Below, piece by piece: positions 33,394 to 42,429 of a DNA stretch of 64,000 nucleotides. The stretch covers positions 80,410-144,409 of the forward strand of contig JBOGVZ010000049.1 in assembly GCA_050692985.1 (NCBI GenBank), written 5' to 3'. The DNA comes from Actinomycetota bacterium (lineage in GTDB: Bacteria; Actinomycetota; UBA4738; CALAEC01). A program made the translations under genes and the position numbers. How positions within the stretch are numbered: position 1 is the first letter of the stretch; every line of letters starts with the position of its first letter. The notes beneath the pieces are model-generated. The model saw only the letters and a list, made by a program, of their open reading frames with translations. It searched no databases and was not told where the DNA came from.

Positions 33394-34595
33394 TAGGAGT
33401 GGTAGACGCGGACCTGGGTGCCGATGGGCATCAGGCCGTGGAGCCAGATCGCCGTCCAGTACGGGACCCGCGAGCAGCCGTGGCTGGCCGGGTAGCTCGG
33501 CACCGACGGCCAGCCGTGCACGGCCCTGTTCCCGTCGAAGTAGCTCGGGTAGTAGAGGTTGTTCGGGCTGTACCCCGCGATCTTCCGGTGCACCGAGAAC
33601 ACGCCGTCGTTCGTCGGCGTGCTGGCCTTCCCCGTCGAGGTGTGGACGATCTCGTCGATGTCCCCATTCTTGATGACGTACAGCACCTGCCGGGTCTGGT
33701 CGATCTCGATGTGGAACTTCGGCTTCGTGGACACGGACTTGGGCACGAACGGCTTCGTGAGCTTCTTCCAGGTAGCCGCCTTCACCGTCTCCACCCGGGC
33801 CATCCCCTGGACCTTGTGGAAGGCCATGACCGCGTCGCCGGTGCGGTAGTCGAACGACTTGTTCACGCCAGTCAGGCGGTGGTCGAGGTTCCGGAGCCGC
33901 CACTCCAGCGACTTGACGTAGGGCCCGTGGGCGCCCGTCGACAGGTTCGGCGGCAGGGGCGCGGTGCGCCGGGCGCTCTGCTTACTGGCCGCGGCGTGGT
34001 CCTCGTCGTTGAAGCGCAGCTTGGCCCGGTGCTTGCCGAGCTTCATGATCCGGAACTTCACCGAGAAGGTGCTCTTGCCGGAGAGCTTGGGATGCTTGCG
34101 GCCGACCACCTTGCCGGCCCGCCGCAGGGTCACGGTGACCTTCTCTCCGGGGTGGGCCGGCTCCACGCTCCCGGTCACCTTGGCCTTGTCGAACAGCCGC
34201 ACCTTCTTGAGCTTGACCTGGAGGACCGGCCGGACCTTCAGCAGGAGCGCGTCGCTGACGATCCCAAGGTCATCCAGCTGCGCCTGCACGGTGGTGTTGC
34301 GCTCGGGGGCCTGGTCCAGCTTCGTCTCGAAGTGGCCGGCGCCGTCGGCCGCCGTGGTGGCCAGCACGTCGGAGGGATCGTCGGCGTCCACGATCGTCAC
34401 GGTCGTGCCCTCGGGGGGAGGGGGCGTCACGTCGCCGAACAGGGTGGTGTTGTGCCCGTACGTGAGGATCGTGCTGGTGGCGTCCAGCGTCACGACCTCG
34501 CCGGCGGCCACGGCGGGAGCGGCGGCCCACAGCATCGCCACTCCCAGCAGCACGGCCAGCGGTGGCACGGATCGTGTGCGACGGTCCCCACCCAT
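33393..34595 (-). CDS. L,D-transpeptidase (YkuD domain) with N-terminal Ig-like domains
   Basis: Signal MGGDRRTRSVPPLAVLLGVAMLWAAAPAVAAGE. The C-terminal catalytic motif is HGWPSVPSYPASHGCSRV. Confidence 0.8.
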   Translation of the reverse strand: MGGDRRTRSVPPLAVLLGVAMLWAAAPAVAAGEVVTLDATSTILTYGHNTTLFGDVTPPPPEGTTVTIVDADDPSDVLATTAADGAGHFETKLDQAPERNTTVQAQLDDLGIVSDALLLKVRPVLQVKLKKVRLFDKAKVTGSVEPAHPGEKVTVTLRRAGKVVGRKHPKLSGKSTFSVKFRIMKLGKHRAKLRFNDEDHAAASKQSARRTAPLPPNLSTGAHGPYVKSLEWRLRNLDHRLTGVNKSFDYRTGDAVMAFHKVQGMARVETVKAATWKKLTKPFVPKSVSTKPKFHIEIDQTRQVLYVIKNGDIDEIVHTSTGKASTPTNDGVFSVHRKIAGYSPNNLYYPSYFDGNRAVHGWPSVPSYPASHGCSRVPYWTAIWLHGLMPIGTQVRVYHS

Positions 34596-36463
34596 CCCCT
34601 CTCTCCTCCTCTTCCGCGTTCCGAGCCGGACTATACGGCAACGGCGGGCACGGGAGAATACCTCTCGGGCGGATCGGGGGTCGACGGCGGGGCGGACATC
34701 GGGGAGAATCCGGCCGAGGAGAGGGGGACCCGATCGGCCTGCGCGCACTCACGATCATCGCCGCTGTGGCGATCCTCCAGCTCCCGGTGGCGGCCGAGGC
34801 AGCGACCGGCGACCTGGTGGTGGCGCTCACGGCGGGAGGCACCGGCACCGCCGGGCTCGACCTGTCGCTCACCGCCCGGGTCGACAACGTGGGGGACGGC
34901 CCGGCCGACGATGTCACCGTCACGATCACCGTTCCGGCCACGATGCCGGTGGCGTCGGCGCGATCCTCCGCGGGCGGCTGCCAGGAGGAGGCGGGGGCGG
35001 TCACCTGCGAACCGGGCACCGTCGCGGCCGGGGAACACGTGACCGTGGATCTCACCGTGACGCCCACCCAGGCCGGGCCGGCGGCCGTGGACGCCGCGGC
35101 CACGGGCACCGGGGCGGACCCCACGCCGGACGACAACATGGACCAGGTGTCCGTCGCCGTGGACGGGCCCTCCTGCCAGGTGGTGGGGACCCAGGAGCGG
35201 GACACCCTGGAGGCCCTGCCCGGGGGCAGCGTGGTGTGCGGGCTGGGCGGGCGGGACGCGCTCGTGGGCGGCCCGGGGGACGACGTGCTCGTGGGCGGCT
35301 CGGGCATCGACCGGGCCACCTTCGCCGGGGCCGAAGGGCCGGTCACCGCCAGCCTGGCGGGGGGCACGGCGGGGGGCCACGGCGACGACCTCCTGGTGGC
35401 GATCGAGCACCTCACCGGAGGCCCGTCCGGCGACCACCTCACCGGCAACGCCGGGGGCAACATCCTGCGCGGAGGGGGCGGGGGCGACACGCTGGAGGGG
35501 CGCAGAGGTCCGGACGTCCTGGCCGGCGGGCCGGGCCCGGACACGCTCAAGGGCGGGAAGGGCCGCGACCGAGCCACGTTCGCCGGAGCCGGCAAGGGGG
35601 TCGTGGTCGACCTCGGTCCGGGAACCGCCACCGGGGAGGGGGCCGACGCCCTTCGGGGCATCGAGGACGTCACCGGAAGCGCCCACGACGACGTGCTGAT
35701 CGGATCCGGCGCCCCCAACCGCCTCCGCGGCCTGGGGGGGCGGGACGTGCTGCGGGGCGAAGGGGCCAAGGACCGTCTGTTCGGCGGGCCCGGACCCGAC
35801 TCCCTGGTCGGCGGGGCCCGCCGGGACCGGCTCGACGGCGGGGGTGGCACCGACGGGTGCCTCCAGGGCGTGGGGAAGGGGACCAAGCGCCGGTGCGAGG
35901 TCCTGGCGTGGAGCGAGGCCCCGGACGTGGCCCTGTTCGTCCCGTCGCGCTCGCTGGTGGGCATCGGGTTCCACCAGTCGCTGTTCGGCTCGGCCGTGGC
36001 CCTGCGCCCTCACGGCAAGCTCCACCGGAACGACCACGGCGGGTTCACGGCCCCCGCCCCCACCGACGGTCCCGGCTACGCGGTGATGGGGAGTCGCGGC
36101 CGAGGGACGCCGGCCACGTCCGCCGCCGACCTCGTGGTCGGCTCTCACACGAAGGTCACGTCGCCGGTGCACGGCGTGGTGACCCGGGTCCGGCGCTACC
36201 TGCTGTACTGCCACACCCCCGACTGGCAGGTGCTGATCCGGCCTGCGGGACGGCCGGACCTGGTGGTCATGGTTCTCCACCTGGCCTCGGTGCACGTGAG
36301 CAAGGGAGATCGCGTCGCGGCGGGCGTGACCGGGCTGGGGAAGGCCGCCGGGAACGACGCGGCATCCGCCCAGGCGAACGCGTACTTCCCGGACCAGCAC
36401 CCCCACGTCCACATCGAGGTCGAGCGGGACGGCGCCAAGCCGATCCCGGGCTGTCCCCTCTGA
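34562..36463 (+). CDS. Secreted protein with DUF11-like repeat, RTX-type Ca-binding repeats and a C-terminal M23-peptidase-like region
   Basis: Hydrophobic leader LRALTIIAAVAILQLPVAAEAA. DNVGDGPADDVTVTITVPAT (DUF11-like). More than 12 GGxGxD repeats (GGPGDDVLVGGSGIDRATFAG...). C-terminal HPHVHIEVERDG. The first ATG (34562) would overlap the divergent L,D-transpeptidase start, so the real start is probably downstream. Confidence 0.55.
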   Translation: MARIVCDGPHPSPLSSSSAFRAGLYGNGGHGRIPLGRIGGRRRGGHRGESGRGEGDPIGLRALTIIAAVAILQLPVAAEAATGDLVVALTAGGTGTAGLDLSLTARVDNVGDGPADDVTVTITVPATMPVASARSSAGGCQEEAGAVTCEPGTVAAGEHVTVDLTVTPTQAGPAAVDAAATGTGADPTPDDNMDQVSVAVDGPSCQVVGTQERDTLEALPGGSVVCGLGGRDALVGGPGDDVLVGGSGIDRATFAGAEGPVTASLAGGTAGGHGDDLLVAIEHLTGGPSGDHLTGNAGGNILRGGGGGDTLEGRRGPDVLAGGPGPDTLKGGKGRDRATFAGAGKGVVVDLGPGTATGEGADALRGIEDVTGSAHDDVLIGSGAPNRLRGLGGRDVLRGEGAKDRLFGGPGPDSLVGGARRDRLDGGGGTDGCLQGVGKGTKRRCEVLAWSEAPDVALFVPSRSLVGIGFHQSLFGSAVALRPHGKLHRNDHGGFTAPAPTDGPGYAVMGSRGRGTPATSAADLVVGSHTKVTSPVHGVVTRVRRYLLYCHTPDWQVLIRPAGRPDLVVMVLHLASVHVSKGDRVAAGVTGLGKAAGNDAASAQANAYFPDQHPHVHIEVERDGAKPIPGCPL

Positions 36464-36472
36464 GCCGGCCCC

Positions 36473-37603
36473 TCAGCGGCGCTTGGGCGAGGGCACCGTC
36501 CCGGCCCGGACCCGACCGTTCGGCCGTCGCAGGATCCGCGGCACCGAGGTGCCCAGCAGCACGACGGCCACGCCGGCCAGCAACCCGGCGGCCAGGGCGG
36601 TGCTGCGGACGAACGTGACGGCCAGGGCGGCCCCACCGAGCAGGGCGCTCCACAGGTACATCAGCAGGACGGCCTGGCGGTGGCTGTGGCCGATCTCCAG
36701 CAGCCGGTGGTGGATGTGCTCCTTGTCGGGCCTGGTGACCGGCCTCCCCCGCCGGATCCGCCTGAGGATCGCCAGGGCCACGTCGGTCAGCGGAACGGCC
36801 AGCACCAGCACGGGGATGAAAACCGGGATGGCCAGGGCGGCGAACTCCGTGCCGGTGGGGGCCTCGGTGCGGCCCACCCCGGAGATGGTTGCCGCGGCCA
36901 GCACCACCCCCAGCAGCATGCTCCCCGAGTCGCCCATGAAGATCCGGGCCGGATGCAGGTTGTAGGGGAGGAACCCCACGCAGGCCCCGGCCACCACCGC
37001 GGTGAGCAGGGATGCCGGGGAGGGGCCGTCGCCCCAGATCGGCGAGTCGGGCACCACCATGTAGATGAAGAACGCCGCCGCGGCGATGGCCACCACCCCC
37101 GCCGCCAGTCCGTCGAGGCCGTCGATCAGGTTGACCGCGTTGATCATGGCCAGGACCCAGAGCAGGGTCAGCGGCACCGAGAGGTCGGCCGACAGCGACA
37201 GCACGCCCAGCCCCGGGAACCAGAAGAACAGCAGCTCCACCCCGAACAGCATGAGCACCCCGGCGGCCAGCACCTGGCCCGCCAGCTTGGCCGGAACCGA
37301 GAGCCCGCGCACGTCGTCGTAGGCGCCCAGGATCATCACCGCGGTCCCCGCCAGCAGGGCTCCCAGCGGCTCGAACGAGCCCACGAACAGCTCCCGGAAC
37401 CACGGGATCAGCCGGGCCACGCCCAGGCCGACCAGGATGGCGAACCACAGGGCGACCCCACCCAGCGTCGGCGTGGGGTTGGGATGGACCTTGCGGTCCG
37501 AGGGCCGGTCGATGGCCCCGAACCGCACGGCCAGGCGGCGGACCACCGGCGTGGCCGCGAACGCGGCCACGGCCGCCGCCAGGAACACGCCCAGGTGTGG
37601 CAC
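36473..37603 (-). CDS. wecA: UDP-GlcNAc:undecaprenyl-phosphate GlcNAc-1-phosphate transferase (WecA/Rfe, MraY-like GT4)
   Basis: 11-TM protein with NAVNLIDGLDGLAAG and the MraY/WecA family layout. Its position relative to glyA/atp matches mycobacterial rfe. Confidence 0.8.
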   Translation of the reverse strand: MPHLGVFLAAAVAAFAATPVVRRLAVRFGAIDRPSDRKVHPNPTPTLGGVALWFAILVGLGVARLIPWFRELFVGSFEPLGALLAGTAVMILGAYDDVRGLSVPAKLAGQVLAAGVLMLFGVELLFFWFPGLGVLSLSADLSVPLTLLWVLAMINAVNLIDGLDGLAAGVVAIAAAAFFIYMVVPDSPIWGDGPSPASLLTAVVAGACVGFLPYNLHPARIFMGDSGSMLLGVVLAAATISGVGRTEAPTGTEFAALAIPVFIPVLVLAVPLTDVALAILRRIRRGRPVTRPDKEHIHHRLLEIGHSHRQAVLLMYLWSALLGGAALAVTFVRSTALAAGLLAGVAVVLLGTSVPRILRRPNGRVRAGTVPSPKRR

Positions 37604-37607
37604 GGGG

Positions 37608-38864
37608 CTACGGGTAGGCCGGGAAGCGGGCCGTGAGGTCGGCCACCCGGCCCCGGGCCCGCCGCTTCACGTCCTCGTCCTCCGGTGCCCGGATCACCTC
37701 GCCGATGATCTCAGCGACCTCCTTCATCTCGCCCTCGTCCATGCCCAGGGTGGCCGGACCGGGGGTGCCCACCCGGATCCCCGACGCGGTGGCCGGAGGC
37801 AGGGGGTCGAACGGGATGGCGTTCTTGTTGATGGTGACGTTGACCTCGTCGCAGGCGGCCTCGGCGTCCGCCCCGGTGATCCCCACCGGCTGGAGGTCCA
37901 CCAGCGCCAGGTGCGAGTCCGTGCCGCCGGAGACCAACCGCAGCCCCTGGTCGGCCAGCCCGGCCGCCAGGGCCCGGGCCGTGCGGACCACCCGGTGGGC
38001 ATAGTCGCGGAACTCCGGGGTCATCGCTTCCTTCAGGGCCACCGCCTTGGCCGCGATGCAGTGCTCCAGCGGCCCGCCCTGCATCATGGGGAACGCGGCC
38101 TTGTCGATGGCCCTGGCGTGCTCCGCCTTCGACAGGATCATGGCCCCCCGCGGGCCCCGCAGGGTCTTGTGGGTGGTGAACGTGACCACGTCGGCATGGG
38201 GGATGGGGCTGGGGAACGCGCCGCCGGCCACCAGGCCGATGAAGTGCGCCGCGTCGACCAGGAAGATCGCGCCCACCTCGTCGGCGATCTCCCGGAACGC
38301 GGCGAAGTCGATCGTCCTGGGGTACGCGGTGGCTCCGGCCACGATGACCTTCGGTCGATGCTCCTTGGCCAGGTCGCGGACCTGGTCCATGTCGATCAGC
38401 TCGGTGTCCTTGTCGACCTCGTAGCCCACCACGTCGAACCACTTCCCGGAGAAGTTGACCGGCGAACCGTGGGTCAGGTGGCCGCCGTGCGGGAGGCTCA
38501 TGCCCAGCAGCGTGTCCCCGATCTCCATGAACGCGAAGTAGGCGGCCATGTTGGCCTGGGCTCCGGCGTGCGGCTGGACGTTGGCGTGCTCGGCGCCGAA
38601 GAGCTCCCTGGCCCGGTCGATGGCCAGCTGCTCGGTGACGTCCACGAAGCGACAGCCGCCGTAGTAGCGCTTCCCGGGCAGTCCCTCGGCGTACTTGTTG
38701 TTCATCGTGGAGGCCAGGGCCGCCAGGACGGCGGGGCTGGTGTAGTTCTCCGAGGCGATCAGCCGGATCGTGGTGCGCTCCCGGTCCAGCTCGGACACCA
38801 TCGCCTCGGCCACCTCGGGATCGGTGGCCCGGAGCGCCTCCCAGTCCGCCACCCACTCCTTCAT
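37608..38864 (-). CDS. glyA: Serine hydroxymethyltransferase
   Basis: Begins [11 protein letters not shown] and contains the [14 protein letters not shown]-Lys motif. The upstream part of the 483-aa ORF (GTG-initiated) is frame overlap. Confidence 0.9.
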   Translation of the reverse strand: MKEWVADWEALRATDPEVAEAMVSELDRERTTIRLIASENYTSPAVLAALASTMNNKYAEGLPGKRYYGGCRFVDVTEQLAIDRARELFGAEHANVQPHAGAQANMAAYFAFMEIGDTLLGMSLPHGGHLTHGSPVNFSGKWFDVVGYEVDKDTELIDMDQVRDLAKEHRPKVIVAGATAYPRTIDFAAFREIADEVGAIFLVDAAHFIGLVAGGAFPSPIPHADVVTFTTHKTLRGPRGAMILSKAEHARAIDKAAFPMMQGGPLEHCIAAKAVALKEAMTPEFRDYAHRVVRTARALAAGLADQGLRLVSGGTDSHLALVDLQPVGITGADAEAACDEVNVTINKNAIPFDPLPPATASGIRVGTPGPATLGMDEGEMKEVAEIIGEVIRAPEDEDVKRRARGRVADLTARFPAYP

Positions 38865-39313
38865 CGCTCTCGCTCCTCGTTCTCGATGGCCTCGATCTGG
38901 CGGATCCGTCGCTCGTGGCGCCCACCGCCGAACCCGGTCTGGAGCCACGTGCGGACGATCTCCCGGGCCAGGGCCGGGGCCACGATCCGGCCCCCCATGG
39001 ACAGGACGTTGGCGTCGTTGTGCTCCCGCGACAGCGTCGCGGTGAACGGATCGTTGCACAGGGCGGCCCGGACTCCACGGACCTTGTTGGCCACGATCTG
39101 CTCGCCCTGCCCCGAGCCCCCCAGCACGATCCCCCGGTCCGCCGTCCCCTCGCGGACCGCCCGGGCCACGATCACGCAGAACCGCGGGTAGTCGACGGGC
39201 TCCTCGGAGTGCGTTCCCACGTCCTCGACCTCGTGGCCCAGCTCCTTGAGGAACCCCTTCAGGTCCTCCTTCAGCGCGTACCCGGCGTGATCGGATCCGA
39301 TGGCGATGCGCAC
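38861..39313 (-). CDS. rpiB: Ribose-5-phosphate isomerase B
   Basis: [18 protein letters not shown]...[17 protein letters not shown] is the RpiB/LacAB signature. ATGA overlap with the glyA start. Confidence 0.85.
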   Translation of the reverse strand: MRIAIGSDHAGYALKEDLKGFLKELGHEVEDVGTHSEEPVDYPRFCVIVARAVREGTADRGIVLGGSGQGEQIVANKVRGVRAALCNDPFTATLSREHNDANVLSMGGRIVAPALAREIVRTWLQTGFGGGRHERRIRQIEAIENEERER

Positions 39314-39314
39314 C

Positions 39315-39908
39315 CTACACCCTTCCCTCCCCCGTGGCGGCCCGCTCGGTGACCCCGAACAGGCCCTCGACCAGCGCGTCGACGTGGCCCTCGATCTCCC
39401 AGGCCACCGCCCGGTAGGTCTGTTCGGACAGGCCCAGCGGGTCGGACACGTCCATGTCCGGGATCTCCGGGGCCCGGGGGTCGCCGCGGAGCCGATGCGC
39501 CACCGCGATCCGCTGGAGGAGCGCCTCCTGGGAGGGACCGGGCTGGGGCGGAGGAAGGACGCGGAGCAGCCCCACGATCTCCTTGAGGGTGAACGTCTTG
39601 GGGGACGCCTCGGGGACCAGGGCCAGCACCTGGTCCCGATGGTCGGCGGTCATCGTCAGGATCAGGTCCGAGCGCGCCACCACGCCGGCATCCAGGGCCG
39701 AAGCCTGGAGCGCGGACACGTCGACGCCCCGTTCGGCCGCGGCCCGGACGGCCTCGGGCGTGGGAGGCATCCCCGGCCGGCCCAGCGTGCCGGCGGAGCG
39801 CACCCGGACGGCACCGCCGAGCAGGCGCTCCGACCGGTCGAGGAGGAAGCCTTCGGCCATCGGGGAGCGGCAGATGTTGCCGGTGCAGACGACGAGAACG
39901 GCCAGCAC
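39315..39908 (-). CDS. Low-molecular-weight protein tyrosine phosphatase
   Basis: LAVLVVCTGNICRSPMAEG (C-x5-R P-loop) and the DP acid loop (MDVSDPLG). A GTG start is assumed. Confidence 0.75.
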   Translation of the reverse strand: MLAVLVVCTGNICRSPMAEGFLLDRSERLLGGAVRVRSAGTLGRPGMPPTPEAVRAAAERGVDVSALQASALDAGVVARSDLILTMTADHRDQVLALVPEASPKTFTLKEIVGLLRVLPPPQPGPSQEALLQRIAVAHRLRGDPRAPEIPDMDVSDPLGLSEQTYRAVAWEIEGHVDALVEGLFGVTERAATGEGRV

Positions 39909-39960
39909 GTCGGCAGTGTAGCACCGGGCAAATCCGGCTCCTCCCGGCCCGCGGCGCTCG

Positions 39961-40887
39961 CTAGCGGCGGAGGATGACCTCGTCCACGACCTCCGACCCG
40001 GGGACGGCCACCGCCCGCAGCCGCAGCGTCTCCCGGGTCGCTCGCACGGTAACGAAGTGGTGCCGGTCATCCAGGGCGAACACCGGATCGGGGGTCCCCG
40101 CGGGGCACTCGTCCACGTCGTCGAGGTCCTGCCCTCCGCCGCCGGAGACCACGAACACCACGTCCCCGAGCCGTGGGAAGCGCTGGTAGTTGTGGTCGTG
40201 TCCGGAGAGCACCAGGTCCACGCCCCCCGCCCGGAAGACCGGGAGCCACCGCTCCCGGATCTCCCCGTGGCCGTCGTGGTGCCCACAGGTGTACGGGGGA
40301 TGGTGGACCACGGCCACCTTCCACGGCGCGGCGGACCGGCGCAGCGCCGAGCCCACGAACGACAGCTGGGCCGGGTCCTCGAGGTGGTTCCCGTCCAGGA
40401 CGAAGAGCTCCACGGGCCCCAACCGGTGCGCGTACCAGGGGCCGGGCATCGACAACAGCTCCATGACCGGCGCTCCCCCGCCCGTCTCCGCGTCGTGGTT
40501 GCCCAACGACGCCAGCACCGGGATCCCCTCCCGGTCCACCCAGCCGTACGGTTGGTGCCAGGCCTGGTCGAACTCGTCGGGATGCCCGGAGTCGTAGATG
40601 TTGTCGCCGGTGGTCACCAGGGCGTCGAGGGGTCGCCCATCGGCCCACGTGCGGAGGGCCTCGGCCACCTCCCGCTGGGCCTCCTCCCCGGTGCCGAAGT
40701 CCCCGATCACCGCGAGGTCGACGGGCCCCCGGACCGCCGTGCGCTGGAGGAGCGGTCCCGTGGGCTCGGGGGGCGCGTCCCGCCCGCACCCCACCGCCAC
40801 CAGGACGATGGCGGCCAGGACGGCGAGCCCAGCCTTCCGGCCGGCACGCCGCCGGGGGCGGCAGAGCTCAGAGCGCGGCGAGGACAT
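39961..40887 (-). CDS. Lipoprotein metallophosphoesterase (calcineurin-like)
   Basis: Lipobox LAVLAAIVLVAVGCG, then GDFG, GDNIYD, GNHD and GHDH metallophosphatase motifs. Confidence 0.75.
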   Translation of the reverse strand: MSSPRSELCRPRRRAGRKAGLAVLAAIVLVAVGCGRDAPPEPTGPLLQRTAVRGPVDLAVIGDFGTGEEAQREVAEALRTWADGRPLDALVTTGDNIYDSGHPDEFDQAWHQPYGWVDREGIPVLASLGNHDAETGGGAPVMELLSMPGPWYAHRLGPVELFVLDGNHLEDPAQLSFVGSALRRSAAPWKVAVVHHPPYTCGHHDGHGEIRERWLPVFRAGGVDLVLSGHDHNYQRFPRLGDVVFVVSGGGGQDLDDVDECPAGTPDPVFALDDRHHFVTVRATRETLRLRAVAVPGSEVVDEVILRR

Positions 40888-41491
40888 CGGCTGCCGGGAC
40901 GGCGCCCTCGCGGAGGACCCGGGGTGGCGACCCGGTGAGGTCGACCACCGTGGAGGCCGTGTCCCCGGCCACCGAGGCATCCGCGCACAGGTAGACGGCC
41001 ACGGCCTCGCCCAGCGCCTCTCGGACGTCCCGGCACGTGGCGGGGGTCGGCTCACCGGAGCGGTTGGCGCTGGTGACCGCCAGCGGCCCGGTCCGCCGGA
41101 GGAGCCCCAGCGCGGTCTCGTGACCGGGAACCCGCACGCCCACCGTGTCCCGCTCGGCCCCCAGGTCCCACTCGCGGCTGGCCTCGGCACGGGGGAGGAC
41201 CAGCGTGACCGCGCCGGGCCAGAAGCGCTCGGCCAGGCCGCGGGCCCGCCGGTCGAAGACCGCCACCTCGGCGGCCTGGTCCATCCCGGCGGCCAGGACC
41301 GGCAGCGTCAGGCGCGGGGGGCGCTGCTTGGCCTCGAAGATCCGCGCGGTTGCGCCCGGCAGATCCGGCCGTCCGCCGACGCCGTACACCGTGTCGGTGG
41401 GGAACACCACCAGCCGTCCGTCCCCCACGGCCCGCTCGGCCGCGTCCAGGGCGGCCGTCGGATCTCGCCCGACGTCGAAGGCCTCACTCAC
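40868..41491 (-). CDS. tsaC: L-threonylcarbamoyladenylate synthase (TsaC/YrdC/Sua5 family)
   Basis: GTG start (GTGA overlap with the prmC stop). GRLVVFPTDTVYGVGG and SANRSGEP motifs. Confidence 0.8.
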   Translation of the reverse strand: MSEAFDVGRDPTAALDAAERAVGDGRLVVFPTDTVYGVGGRPDLPGATARIFEAKQRPPRLTLPVLAAGMDQAAEVAVFDRRARGLAERFWPGAVTLVLPRAEASREWDLGAERDTVGVRVPGHETALGLLRRTGPLAVTSANRSGEPTPATCRDVREALGEAVAVYLCADASVAGDTASTVVDLTGSPPRVLREGAVPAADVLAAL

Positions 41492-42330
41492 CGAGCCGCC
41501 CCCCGGGCCACGCGATCCCGCCCGGCGAGGTCCGGGAGCACCTCCACCTCGGTGAAGCGCTCCTCGAGGAGCCGGCGAGCCTCGCGGCCCTGCCGGTCGC
41601 CGATCTCCATCACCAGCCACCCCCCCGGCCGGAGCCACCCGGGCGACTCCTCGGCCAGGCGGCGGTGGATCTCGGTCCCTCCCACCAGGGCCTCGTACGG
41701 CTCGGCCCGGACCTCCGCCGGCAGGTCCTCGTACTCCTCCATCGTCACGTACGGCGGGTTGCTGACCACCAGGTCCACCCCACCCCGGAGCTCGTCCGGG
41801 ACCGGGGCGAACAGGTCGCCGCGGAGCACCTCGACCTTCAGCGCGTGCCGCGAGGCGTTGGCCCGGGCCACCGCCACGGCCTCGTCCGAGACGTCCGTGG
41901 CCACCACGCGGGCGTCCGGACGGCGGCGCTTCACGGCCAGGGCCACCGCACCGGTGCCCGTGCCCACATCGACCACGACGGGTTCCCGGCGCCCGTCCAC
42001 CGCCTCCAGGGCCCGCTCGACGACCACCTCCGTCTCCGGCCGGGGGACGAACACACCCGGGGCCACGCCCAGGACCAGGTCGAGGAACTGCTGCTCGCCG
42101 GTGAGGTACTGGAGCGGCACCCCGTGGCACCGCTGGCACAGGGCCCGGCCGAACAGCCGGGCGGTCCGCGTGTCGAGCCCCTCGGTGCGGGCGTACAGCC
42201 CGGCCCGGTCGGTGCCCAGGAAGTACATCAGCAGGGCTTCGGCCGTCTCCCGTGGCGACTCCACCCCGTGCCGCTCCAGGTACTCCGCCGCACGCGTGAC
42301 GACCTCGGCCGGCCTCATGACTGAGTTCAT
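41488..42330 (-). CDS. prmC: Release factor glutamine N5-methyltransferase
   Basis: VVDVGTGTGAVALA SAM motif and the NPPY catalytic motif (VVSNPPYV). Confidence 0.85.
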   Translation of the reverse strand: MNSVMRPAEVVTRAAEYLERHGVESPRETAEALLMYFLGTDRAGLYARTEGLDTRTARLFGRALCQRCHGVPLQYLTGEQQFLDLVLGVAPGVFVPRPETEVVVERALEAVDGRREPVVVDVGTGTGAVALAVKRRRPDARVVATDVSDEAVAVARANASRHALKVEVLRGDLFAPVPDELRGGVDLVVSNPPYVTMEEYEDLPAEVRAEPYEALVGGTEIHRRLAEESPGWLRPGGWLVMEIGDRQGREARRLLEERFTEVEVLPDLAGRDRVARGAAR

Positions 42331-42429
42331 TGTCGCTGACTCCGCGGGCGGGTGGCCTCCTCACTGGGAATCGAACCGATGTCGACGCCCCAGTAGATCG
42401 ACGGTCGGGCGATCCGGGGGTGGAGGAAC

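Noticed and set aside
34562-34600. Divergent overlap of the L,D-transpeptidase and RTX-protein start codons
   Set aside because: Head-to-head coding overlap is unlikely. It is more probably a mis-assigned start for the RTX protein. It is kept as a note, not a feature.
36455-36480. Tiny palindrome ctgag-ccggccc-ctcag between convergent RTX-protein and wecA stops (9-bp spacer)
   Set aside because: The stem is only 5 bp. It is too weak to call a terminator.
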